A stretch of DNA of 64,000 bases from Candidatus Adlerbacteria bacterium (GTDB lineage: Bacteria; Patescibacteriota; Minisyncoccia; Phycocordibacterales; SBAW01), in assembly GCA_963749085.1 (NCBI GenBank), contig CAVVLG010000003.1:219380-283379 (forward strand), in the 5' to 3' direction. Below, one piece after another: positions 39,223 to 47,751 of the stretch. Positions within the stretch are counted from its first letter, which is position 1; the number at the start of each line of letters is the position of its first letter. Below the pieces are notes generated by a model. That model was not told where the DNA came from and did not search any database. It saw nothing but the letters and a program-made list of their open reading frames with translations. The position numbers were made by a program, and so were the translations under genes.

Positions 39223-41472
39223 CTATTGCGGATTCGTCGCTGCTCCTGGAACTTGTGATTGATCTATTTCCGTTGTAGTCGGCACTTGCCCCGTGCTTCC
39301 GGAAGTCACGGTGAATTCCGGATGTTGTTGGAGCCATAGATGAAGCCCTATCTCCCACGCATTGTATTGCGGGTCGGACGCGGGATCAGTCGGTGCCGGT
39401 CCCAAGGGATTATTTTTATCCACCCAGTAGAGGATTTCGTGGAGCATCCCGTCCGCTCCAGGTATGTCCCAGTCTCCCTGCATGATGGGTTTAAGTCCGC
39501 TTTCGTTTACGGTTTCTCTGGTGAAGTACTGCGTCGGCCGGTTGGCGAGCGCGTATTGCATAAATTGATTCCACATCGGGCCCACAATGAAGCCGGAAAC
39601 CTTGCGCACCATGGGCGTATTGTTGTTGTTACCCGCCCAGATGCCAACCACAAGGTTCGGCGTATACCCGATGGTCCACGCATCGCGGAAGTCGTCCGTG
39701 GTACCGGTCTTGACCGCCACGTCATAGCCGGGGAAGTACAGATATTCATTCTCGCCCAAAGGCGCACGCGCCACGGGGTCTGAGAGTACATCATTTATCT
39801 CCTCCGCGACCTGCGGCCCCACTACCTGCGTTCCCGTGGGTTGCGTGTCGTCTTCAATGACATTTCCGTTGGCGTCCATAATTTTCAGTACAGGGGTCGT
39901 GGGATAATGCACGCCGTTGGTCGCAAATGCGCCGTAGGCGCTCGTCATCTGCAGAAGCGTTACATCGCCTCCTCCCAGCACCAACGTGAGCCCATATTGG
40001 CTTGCAGGGCCGAGGGTTGTGATACCCATGGATTTGGCGAGCTCAAGCGACTGTGGGATACCGGCGAGGTAGAGCACTTTTACCGACGGAACATTAATAG
40101 ATTGCGCGATGGCATCACGCAAGGTCATCGGTCCGCGGAATAAGCCGTCGTAGTTGACTGGCGAGTAGCAGCCATTTGCGTTGGTGAAATTAGTAGGCGA
40201 GCATGCGGTATCAAACTGGGTCGGTACGTCCCACAGCACGGTGTCGGGCGTGTAGCCTTCGGTGAACGCCTGCGCGTAGACGAAAGGCTTAAAGGCCGAC
40301 CCAGGTTGACGGTTCGCAAGCGTCACGTTATAAGCGCCGTCTATGGTCGTATCAAAGTAGTTGCGCGAGCCCACCATGACGAGAATCTGCCCGTTGGTAG
40401 GATCTATGGCTATCATGCCCGCATTGCTGGCGTTGTATTTCGTCGCGTTGCTGAGCGCCCCTGCCCCAACGATGGACTCGGCCTGCTGCTGCAGATTAGC
40501 ATCGAGGGAGGTGATGACCGTCCAACCGTCGGTCTGAAGCGCCTCCTCGCCATACTTCTGTTCAAGGTATTGCTCAACGTAGAACACAAAGTGTGGGGCC
40601 AAGAGGGCGCTGGTTTTCTGCGGTAAAAAGATCACCTGGGTTGTTTCGGCGCTTTCCTCCTGTTGCTCGGTAATATATCCGTGGGTATACATATCTTGGA
40701 GTACCAGGTTTTTGCGCGCATCAAGCGCCGCCTTATTGTTGCCGTAGGGCGAATAGTAGCTTGGGGCCTCAAGCAGTGCCGCCAAATACGCGGCTTCGGG
40801 CAAGGTAACTTGGCTTGCGTGCACGCCGAAGAACGTTTCTGATGCTTCTTCAACCCCGTACATGGGACCGCCGTAGGGAACTTGGTTGAGATAGATCTCG
40901 AGGATTTGCTGCTTGCTTACGACCCGGGTGAGTTTAAGCGCCAGAATCCACTCCTTTATCTTGCGCGCAATGCTTTTGTCGTCGGTTAAGACCGTATTCT
41001 TGATGACCTGCTGGGTTATGGTGGAACCCCCTTCCGTGGCTCCCAGATGCAATACGTCGACCACTGCTGAGCGTAGTATTGCTTTCAGATCTATGCCGTC
41101 GTTTTGGTAAAAGGTCGGATCTTCAATGGCGATAGTCGCGTCTTGGATATCGGGAGAAATTTGCGAGAGCGACACGGTAGTGCGCTCTATATTGTTGTTG
41201 GTGAGGTCATACAAGAGCACGGTGCCCGTGCGGTCGTAGAGTTTGACCGACTGGTCGACTTGAATTTGCGAGAGGGAAGCCAAGTCGGGGAGGGGCAATG
41301 TCGCGGCCCATAAAAAGAAAAGACCAAGAAGGACGAGCAGAGCTCCGACCAGACACATAACAACCGACGCAGGGTGTTTTTTGATGTATTTCCAAAACAG
41401 CTTAAGCGAGTGGTGCGAGTAGTTGACGTAGGAGCGTGCGTGCTCCTTGGAGCGGTCTATACCCGAGCGCAT
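39223..41472 (-). CDS. Class A penicillin-binding protein (PBP1A family)
   Basis: IAIEDPTFY, GGSTITQQ, RKIKE; RQPGSAFKP, SIN, KTGT. Confidence 0.94.
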   Translation of the reverse strand: MRSGIDRSKEHARSYVNYSHHSLKLFWKYIKKHPASVVMCLVGALLVLLGLFFLWAATLPLPDLASLSQIQVDQSVKLYDRTGTVLLYDLTNNNIERTTVSLSQISPDIQDATIAIEDPTFYQNDGIDLKAILRSAVVDVLHLGATEGGSTITQQVIKNTVLTDDKSIARKIKEWILALKLTRVVSKQQILEIYLNQVPYGGPMYGVEEASETFFGVHASQVTLPEAAYLAALLEAPSYYSPYGNNKAALDARKNLVLQDMYTHGYITEQQEESAETTQVIFLPQKTSALLAPHFVFYVEQYLEQKYGEEALQTDGWTVITSLDANLQQQAESIVGAGALSNATKYNASNAGMIAIDPTNGQILVMVGSRNYFDTTIDGAYNVTLANRQPGSAFKPFVYAQAFTEGYTPDTVLWDVPTQFDTACSPTNFTNANGCYSPVNYDGLFRGPMTLRDAIAQSINVPSVKVLYLAGIPQSLELAKSMGITTLGPASQYGLTLVLGGGDVTLLQMTSAYGAFATNGVHYPTTPVLKIMDANGNVIEDDTQPTGTQVVGPQVAEEINDVLSDPVARAPLGENEYLYFPGYDVAVKTGTTDDFRDAWTIGYTPNLVVGIWAGNNNNTPMVRKVSGFIVGPMWNQFMQYALANRPTQYFTRETVNESGLKPIMQGDWDIPGADGMLHEILYWVDKNNPLGPAPTDPASDPQYNAWEIGLHLWLQQHPEFTVTSGSTGQVPTTTEIDQSQVPGAATNPQ

Positions 41473-41520
41473 AAAAGGCATTCTACCACTCCTCGCAGTT
41501 GTGTTACAGTGTTTCTGTAT

Positions 41521-42711
41521 ATGGGATTTTTCTCCTCCACCCCGAAGGTCTCGACCGATGAACAGCACATAGACGAGCTCCTATCGCGCGGCGTTGCCGA
41601 AGTGATAGTCAAAGAGGATCTGCGCAAAAAACTCCAGAGCGGCAAGCGCCTGCGAGTGAAACTTGGCATAGACCCGACCTCGCCTGACCTTCATATCGGC
41701 CGTGCCGTACCCCTCCTGAAGCTTCGCGATTTCCAGAAACTGGGGCATCAGATCGTGCTCATTATTGGTGACTTTACCGCGGTCATCGGCGATACGTCCG
41801 ACAAAGAGAGCGAGCGTCCCATGCTTGCGCATGAGGTTATAGAAAAAAATAAAAAGACGTATTTTGAGCAGGCAGGAAAACTGCTCGACCTCTCTCAGGT
41901 TGAGATGCGCCACAACAGCGAATGGCTTGGGCTCCTGACGTATCGGGAGATAGGTGAGCATGCAGACGCGTTCTCAGTCGCAGATTTTATCGCGCGCGAC
42001 GTCATCAAGCGACGCCTCGACGCGGGCAAACGCGTCTCTTTGCGCGAAGTACTCTATCCCCTCATGCAGGGCTTCGATAGCGTCGCCGTCAAGGCCGATG
42101 TGGAGCTCGGCGGCATGGATCAGAAATTTAATTTGCTCGCGGGACGCGTTCTGCAGGAAACATATAATCAGCCTGCGCAGAATATAGTCATGAATCCCCT
42201 TATCGACGGCCTTGATGGCACAAAGATGAGTTCCAGCCGAGGCAACGTCATCACCCTTACTGCATCTCCCAGCGATATGTATGGCAAAGTCATGAGCATG
42301 GGGGATGCACAGGTGCCGCTTTATTTTGAGATATGCACGCGAGTTCCTTTGAAAGAGATTGAGGAAATAAAAAGCGATCTGACGAGCGGCTCTGTGCATC
42401 CGAAAGACGCCAAGATGCGCCTTGCGCTCGAGATAGTCGCGCTCTATCACGGCACTGATGCTGCTCAAAAAGCGGAAGAGGACTGGCGACGAACATTTAG
42501 TGAAGGAGGCACGCCTGCTGATGCACCGCACGTACGGGGAGGTAGATTGCGAGATTTGATTACGGACATCTCAACCAGTGAATTGCGTCGCTTAGTTGAA
42601 CAAGGTGCGGTCTCCTCCGTTCTCAGCGGGAAAAAAGTTGAAAGTATCGATACTGAAATACAACATGACACCATCCGCATAGGCAAGCACCGGTTTCTTA
42701 GAGTAGAGTAA
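41521..42711 (+). CDS. tyrS: Tyrosine--tRNA ligase
   Basis: KLGIDPTSPDLHIGR, YPLMQGFDS, GGMDQKFNL, KMSSS. Confidence 0.96.
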   Translation: MGFFSSTPKVSTDEQHIDELLSRGVAEVIVKEDLRKKLQSGKRLRVKLGIDPTSPDLHIGRAVPLLKLRDFQKLGHQIVLIIGDFTAVIGDTSDKESERPMLAHEVIEKNKKTYFEQAGKLLDLSQVEMRHNSEWLGLLTYREIGEHADAFSVADFIARDVIKRRLDAGKRVSLREVLYPLMQGFDSVAVKADVELGGMDQKFNLLAGRVLQETYNQPAQNIVMNPLIDGLDGTKMSSSRGNVITLTASPSDMYGKVMSMGDAQVPLYFEICTRVPLKEIEEIKSDLTSGSVHPKDAKMRLALEIVALYHGTDAAQKAEEDWRRTFSEGGTPADAPHVRGGRLRDLITDISTSELRRLVEQGAVSSVLSGKKVESIDTEIQHDTIRIGKHRFLRVE

Positions 42712-42730
42712 ACCCCGGCTAAAGCCGGGG
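42712..42730. terminator. Hairpin between convergent genes
   Basis: CCCCGGCT-aa-AGCCGGGG. Confidence 0.65.
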
Positions 42731-42734
42731 CGTA

Positions 42735-42854
42735 CTATATACCTTCGTCTTCAGTATCGCCGGAGGCTTCCTCATCTTCATTTTCTTCGGAATCGTCAGT
42801 CTCCGAGTCGCTCTCATCCAGTGCGAATTCCTCTTTCTCAAACTCGTCGTACAT
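42735..42854 (-). CDS. 39-aa highly acidic peptide (not in ORF track)
   Basis: MYDEFEKEEFALDESDSETDDSEENEDEEASGDTEDEGI*. Confidence 0.6.
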   Translation of the reverse strand: MYDEFEKEEFALDESDSETDDSEENEDEEASGDTEDEGI

Positions 42855-42959
42855 ACGCCACTACTATTAGCTTAATAATGCTTTGCGTACCCAATGCCCA
42901 GAGTTGTAACAAAACTAATACGCTTTGCAAATCACTTTTGGCGCATCCTTGTGGATATC

Positions 42960-43445
42960 TCAGTTTTCATGCTTGAGGCGCACTGACGCAAGGCAGGTAA
43001 GGCCTACTGCTATAGCGTCTATTTCGTCATCCAGGCGCTTTTTCGCTGGCAACTTAATAAGCCTTGCTACCATAGCGGCCACGGCGGCCTTGTCGCTTTT
43101 GCCATAGCCGGTCATGGCGACTTTGACCTCAAGGGGGGTGTATTGATAGAGCGGCAAGCCTCGCGTGGCGGCAATGTAGCTCAGCATACCCATGACAGCG
43201 GCGACCTGCATGGCGGTCTTGGCGTTTTTCTCAAAATAGATCTCCTCCAGGGCGATTGCGTCCGGTTGATATTTTTTTATAAGCTTCTCGGAAGCTTCCC
43301 CGAGCACTTTAAGCCGCTTCTCAAAGGGAAGCGAAGCCAGGGTACGTACACATTCGGAATGCACCAGGACCTCCTTGCCGTTCAGTTTTTCAACCAATGC
43401 GATACCCAACCGCTCATAGCCGGGGTCAAAGGCTAAGACTTTCAT
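42960..43445 (-). CDS. ruvC: Holliday junction resolvase RuvC
   Basis: LAFDPG, ALEEIYF, YTPLEVK..TGYGKSDK, DDEIDAIAV. Confidence 0.95.
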   Translation of the reverse strand: MKVLAFDPGYERLGIALVEKLNGKEVLVHSECVRTLASLPFEKRLKVLGEASEKLIKKYQPDAIALEEIYFEKNAKTAMQVAAVMGMLSYIAATRGLPLYQYTPLEVKVAMTGYGKSDKAAVAAMVARLIKLPAKKRLDDEIDAIAVGLTCLASVRLKHEN

Positions 43446-43460
43446 AGCGCCATCATAGCA

Positions 43461-43991
43461 CTACGCCGCGTTCGTATATACTTCACTAACATCGTCATGT
43501 TCTTCAAGTGCGTCGGTAAGCGTCGCGAGTTTCTGCCCATCGTCATCAGAGATATCAAGAGGGGATTGTGCTTCCAGTTTTCCTTCAGTATTTTTTGCAA
43601 AGGCCCACATGGCCGCGCCGGGCGTTGCTAGTGTCCCACCATTAAGTAACAGCAGGTGCTTTATTTCTTGCGCCGTTCGATTCCGATTATCGGTATAGCC
43701 TTCGATAATGAGTGCGGTGCCGCCCGGTCCGTAAGCTTCGTATACAACTTGCTCAAGTTCTGCGCCGCCGCTCGACGCTTTGCGTAAGGCACGCTCAATA
43801 GTATCCGCTGGCATATTAGCTTCGCGCGCTTTTTCGATAGCTTGGCGAACACCAGGTGCGTTGCTATTGCCTTTTGCCTTTTTAGCTTCGACAGTAATAA
43901 AACGCACTAACTTTGAAAAAGTTTTTGCTTTTTGCGCATCCGTCTTGCCTTTCACATGTTTGAGTTTTGCCCACTTGCTATGACCTGCCAT
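43461..43991 (-). CDS. YebC/PmpR family protein (short)
   Basis: MAGHSKWA, YEAYGPGG, TDNRNRT, DDVSEVYTN. Confidence 0.93.
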   Translation of the reverse strand: MAGHSKWAKLKHVKGKTDAQKAKTFSKLVRFITVEAKKAKGNSNAPGVRQAIEKAREANMPADTIERALRKASSGGAELEQVVYEAYGPGGTALIIEGYTDNRNRTAQEIKHLLLLNGGTLATPGAAMWAFAKNTEGKLEAQSPLDISDDDGQKLATLTDALEEHDDVSEVYTNAA

Positions 43992-44042
43992 GAAGGCTAG
44001 AGTAACTCACAGGAATTGTCACTGCAACCGTCGGAGGTAGCA

Positions 44043-44276
44043 ATGCGTACCTTATGCCACGTGTTCAGCGACGAGCAGACTCTCTTGATCTCAACCTTCG
44101 TTCCCAAGCCGGAAGAGATGCTGGGGTACAACCCTGCGGTGGGGATGAAATTCACTATTGGTCCACCCCTGCACGCTACTCCGCACGTCTACGAGATAAT
44201 CGATATTTCAATGGAGAAACGTAACGGAGAGAAGGTCTGGGCGTGGCGGGTACAACAACCCCACACATTGCACTAG
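44043..44276 (+). CDS. Small hypothetical protein
   Basis: GGAGG RBS upstream of ATG. Confidence 0.5.
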   Translation: MRTLCHVFSDEQTLLISTFVPKPEEMLGYNPAVGMKFTIGPPLHATPHVYEIIDISMEKRNGEKVWAWRVQQPHTLH

Positions 44277-44282
44277 CCCTTC

Positions 44283-44306
44283 AAAGGCGACCACGTGGTC
44301 GCCTTT
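44283..44306. terminator. Perfect 24-bp palindrome, likely bidirectional terminator
   Basis: AAAGGCGACCACGTGGTCGCCTTT between convergent genes. Confidence 0.65.
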
Positions 44307-44308
44307 CG

Positions 44309-45310
44309 TTACAAAAGTTTTTGGTTTAAATCCATTGGGGCTACTAACCTGAGATGCTTATACGCTTTTGCGGTCGCAACACGTCCGCGCGGTGTGCGCT
44401 CAATGAGTCCGAGTTGCAACAAAAATGGTTCGTGTACTTCCGAGATGGTCGTGGGCTCCTCGGCAAGTGCCGCAGCTAGGGCTGAGACTCCGGCGGGACC
44501 TCCATTGAATCGTTCTATCAATACGGTCAGTAATTTTCTGTCCAAAGGAGTGAGACCAAGTTCATCCACCTCAAGCATGCCGAGCGCCTCGGAAACCATT
44601 TGTGCTGAGAGCGGTACGCGCTTGAGCTGTGCGTAATCGCGGGCGCGTTTTAATAAATAGTTTGCGGTGCGCGGCGTGGCGCGACTGCGCTTGGCAATTT
44701 CCTTCACTCCGGCCTCATCCACTTTCACTCCTAAGATTTTTGCCGATCGCTTGATTATCTTCGCGATATCTTCCTCGGAATAAAATTCAAGGCGAAAGGT
44801 ACCCCCTGAGAAACGCGAGCGCAGTGGAGCTGAGAGATCAGCGACGCGCGTGGTTGCGGCAACCAACGTGAACGGCGGCAGCGGCAAGTCGAGCGTGCGC
44901 GCGGAAGGTCCCTTGCCGATGATAATATTTAATACACCGCTCTCCATGGCCGGATAGAGTACTTCCTCAATCGCGCGCGAAAGGCGGTGTACTTCGTCTA
45001 TAAAAAGAATATCGCCAGGAGAGAGGTTGGTGAGGAGTGCTGCCAAGTCGCCCACGCGCTCAATAGCAGGACCCGACGTCGAACGCATATTGCCGCCGAG
45101 CTCATGCGCTATCAAATGAGCGAGCGTGGTCTTACCTAAACCCGGCGGTCCGTAGAAAAGGATGTGTTCCGGAGGAGTCGAGCGCTCTTTTGCGGCGCTG
45201 ATGAGGATGTGCAGGTTGTTTTTGATGCTTTGCTGCCCGATATATTCCTCCCAGGAGGTGGGGCGCAGCGTCTGGTCGAGAAAAGCCTCTTTTTCTGGTT
45301 TACTTGACAT
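44309..45310 (-). CDS. ruvB: Holliday junction branch-migration helicase RuvB
   Basis: LRPTSWEEYIGQ, GPPGLGKTTLA, FIDEVHRL, RTPRGR. Confidence 0.97.
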   Translation of the reverse strand: MSSKPEKEAFLDQTLRPTSWEEYIGQQSIKNNLHILISAAKERSTPPEHILFYGPPGLGKTTLAHLIAHELGGNMRSTSGPAIERVGDLAALLTNLSPGDILFIDEVHRLSRAIEEVLYPAMESGVLNIIIGKGPSARTLDLPLPPFTLVAATTRVADLSAPLRSRFSGGTFRLEFYSEEDIAKIIKRSAKILGVKVDEAGVKEIAKRSRATPRTANYLLKRARDYAQLKRVPLSAQMVSEALGMLEVDELGLTPLDRKLLTVLIERFNGGPAGVSALAAALAEEPTTISEVHEPFLLQLGLIERTPRGRVATAKAYKHLRLVAPMDLNQKLL

Positions 45311-45604
45311 ACATTTAATACTATGCTAGGCTCTCGTCAGTTGCTCCTCCTCTACATGAGGGGCTTTTTTATTGGGCAGAGTACACCCTCAAGCAATACG
45401 GCTTCATTGCTTTGAGACCATACTAAGGACGTTCCGGCCTATGTTTTATACATCAGCTGCGGGTACTATCCTCATGAATGAATCTCGCTTCATCGCCAGT
45501 CGATGTTGTGTATTGCTTGGTGGTATACTGCGCCCAAGCACACTCTACTCCCGTGCAGGTCATTCGCAAGATTGACCCTCGAGAGTTTTGTGGTTTTAAA
45601 CCAG

Positions 45605-47287
45605 CTATTTTACCTCATCGAGATCGACCACGCGTCCAAGTTCGTCCAGCGAGGTAACCCCCTTCAGTATTTTTATAATCCCGTCTTCTTGCATGGTGGG
45701 GATGCCTTGCGGCTTGGCTGCTGCGGCTATTTCACGCTCGCTCGGGCGGCTCCGAAGGATCTCTTCTATCGCTCGATCCATAAATATGGCCTCAAAAATG
45801 CCAATACGGCCCTTGTAGCCGCGTCCTCCGCAGGCCTCACAACCCTCCGCATTCGCTTCCCATACCATATTCGTTTGCTGGGGTACCAATACGCGATCGA
45901 CGACACCCTTCATAACGCGATCAATAAGCTCTTGCTCTTGAGGATTTGCCTGGCGCTGTTTTTTGCACGTCTGGCAGAGTTTGCGCAAAAGCCGTTGTGC
46001 CATCGCGACGTTGATTGAGGAAGAAAGCACCTTCTCCGATACCCCGAGGTCTATGAGACGGGGGAAAGAACCGGCCGCGTCGTTAGTGTGGAGCGTTGAG
46101 AACACGAGGTGTCCGGTGAGCGCGGCGTTAATGGCCGTCTCGGCCACTTCCTCGTCGCGGATCTCACCAACCATGATGATGTCGGGGTCTTGCCTGAGTG
46201 CTGAGCGCAGGCCCGAGGCGAAGGTATAGGTTTTTTTATCAACCTGGGTTTGCACAATACCCTGCAGGTGGTACTCGATAGGATCTTCAATAGTAATTAT
46301 TTTGCTGCCGGGCGAATTTATCTTCCGCATGAATGCGTAGAGCGTTGTGGTTTTGCCGCTCCCCGTAGGGCCGGTCGTTAGTATCATGCCGTTTGGCCTT
46401 GTTATTTCTTTTTCAATCCGCAGCCGCAATTTTTCCTCCAACCCCAGCTCTTCAAGGGGAACAGCGATTGATTTCGGATTGAGAATACGAAGCACCACGG
46501 TCTCGGCGTAGTTGCCGGGTAAAATACTAGTACGCAACTCTATCTCATCGCCCTTTATTTTTATAGAAAACCGTCCGTCCTGTGCTTCATCGGTGACATT
46601 GAGTTTCAGCCCCGAAATTAATTTCAACCGCGACAATACAAGCTTGTAGGTTTCGTGGTCGAAGGTGAGTACGTCGACTAAGACGCCATCGAGGCGGTAG
46701 CGCAGACGCACCGCCACTTCCTCCGGTTCGAAATGTACGTCGGATGCGCCGGTTGAAAGTCCGCCGGCGAGAATAACTTCCAGTATGCGCGTAATGCGAT
46801 AGGTGCGCTTGATAGTGACCGCATCGTTGATGAGCGCTCCGATATCTTTGAGACTTTTGACTTTATCAAGCAACCCCTCGATTTCAGTCGGAGAAATTTC
46901 AAACACGCCGGCTTTAGATTCGGTGGCGTAGGAGAGGTCGGCATAGCGCTCAAACGCCCGCTTCAGCGACTCCTGCGAACACATGAAAAGCGTCACGTCG
47001 TAGCCTTGTTCGGTCAGTTTTTGTTTCAGTATCTGTACTTTCGGATTCTCCGGCGCGCGCACCGCAACTGAGAGCCGTTTTCCGACTCGGCCGAAGGCCG
47101 CAGCCTCCGTTTCGCGCGATTCTTTCTCCGGTATCACGCGTAGCGCGTCGGTATTGACCGCCACCAGGGTGAGGTCGACGTATTCGACGCCGTATTTGCG
47201 CGAAAGTACCTGGGCGAGCTCTTCTTCTTCGCGCTTACGCAGGAAGTCGAGCCGCTTCTCCTCATCGATGTCGTTAAACACAACCAT
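45605..47287 (-). CDS. GspE/PilB type IV pilus assembly ATPase
   Basis: ASDVHFEP, TGPTGSGKTTTLY, IEDPIEY, ALRQDPDIIMVGEIRD, two CxxC. Confidence 0.93.
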   Translation of the reverse strand: MVVFNDIDEEKRLDFLRKREEEELAQVLSRKYGVEYVDLTLVAVNTDALRVIPEKESRETEAAAFGRVGKRLSVAVRAPENPKVQILKQKLTEQGYDVTLFMCSQESLKRAFERYADLSYATESKAGVFEISPTEIEGLLDKVKSLKDIGALINDAVTIKRTYRITRILEVILAGGLSTGASDVHFEPEEVAVRLRYRLDGVLVDVLTFDHETYKLVLSRLKLISGLKLNVTDEAQDGRFSIKIKGDEIELRTSILPGNYAETVVLRILNPKSIAVPLEELGLEEKLRLRIEKEITRPNGMILTTGPTGSGKTTTLYAFMRKINSPGSKIITIEDPIEYHLQGIVQTQVDKKTYTFASGLRSALRQDPDIIMVGEIRDEEVAETAINAALTGHLVFSTLHTNDAAGSFPRLIDLGVSEKVLSSSINVAMAQRLLRKLCQTCKKQRQANPQEQELIDRVMKGVVDRVLVPQQTNMVWEANAEGCEACGGRGYKGRIGIFEAIFMDRAIEEILRSRPSEREIAAAAKPQGIPTMQEDGIIKILKGVTSLDELGRVVDLDEVK

Positions 47288-47304
47288 GCGTGTATTATAC
47301 AGGC

Positions 47305-47751
47305 ATGCAGAAGGTATTACGCGCCGATTTGCCGACAGTGGTGAGGGACGTACTCGATAAACTTCCTAAAGGAAAGGATCGTTCGGCATTGGTAACTCTC
47401 AGCGGCGACGTGGGAGCGGGGAAGACAACCTTCGTTCAAATGCTCGCGAAAGAACTCGCCGTCAGTGCTATCGTGCAGAGTCCGACCTATGTTTTGATGA
47501 AAAAGTACGATATATCCAAAAATAAGATACTTCCGGATTTTCATACCTTGGTGCACCTCGACCTCTACCGTTTGGGGAAACCGGATGAGTTTGCAGCCCT
47601 CAAACCCGAACAATTTTTGAATGACCCGCACACGTTAGTGTGTGTCGAATGGCCCGAGCGGGTCGGAAATGCACTTCCGAAGTCAGATGTCAGCGTACAC
47701 TTTTCCTCTGATGGCGCTGGTGAGGTCGAGCGGTATATTGGAGTGGCATGA
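47305..47751 (+). CDS. tsaE: t6A biosynthesis ATPase TsaE
   Basis: LSGDVGAGKTTF, QSPTY, HLDLYRL, VEWPE. Confidence 0.95.
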   Translation: MQKVLRADLPTVVRDVLDKLPKGKDRSALVTLSGDVGAGKTTFVQMLAKELAVSAIVQSPTYVLMKKYDISKNKILPDFHTLVHLDLYRLGKPDEFAALKPEQFLNDPHTLVCVEWPERVGNALPKSDVSVHFSSDGAGEVERYIGVA

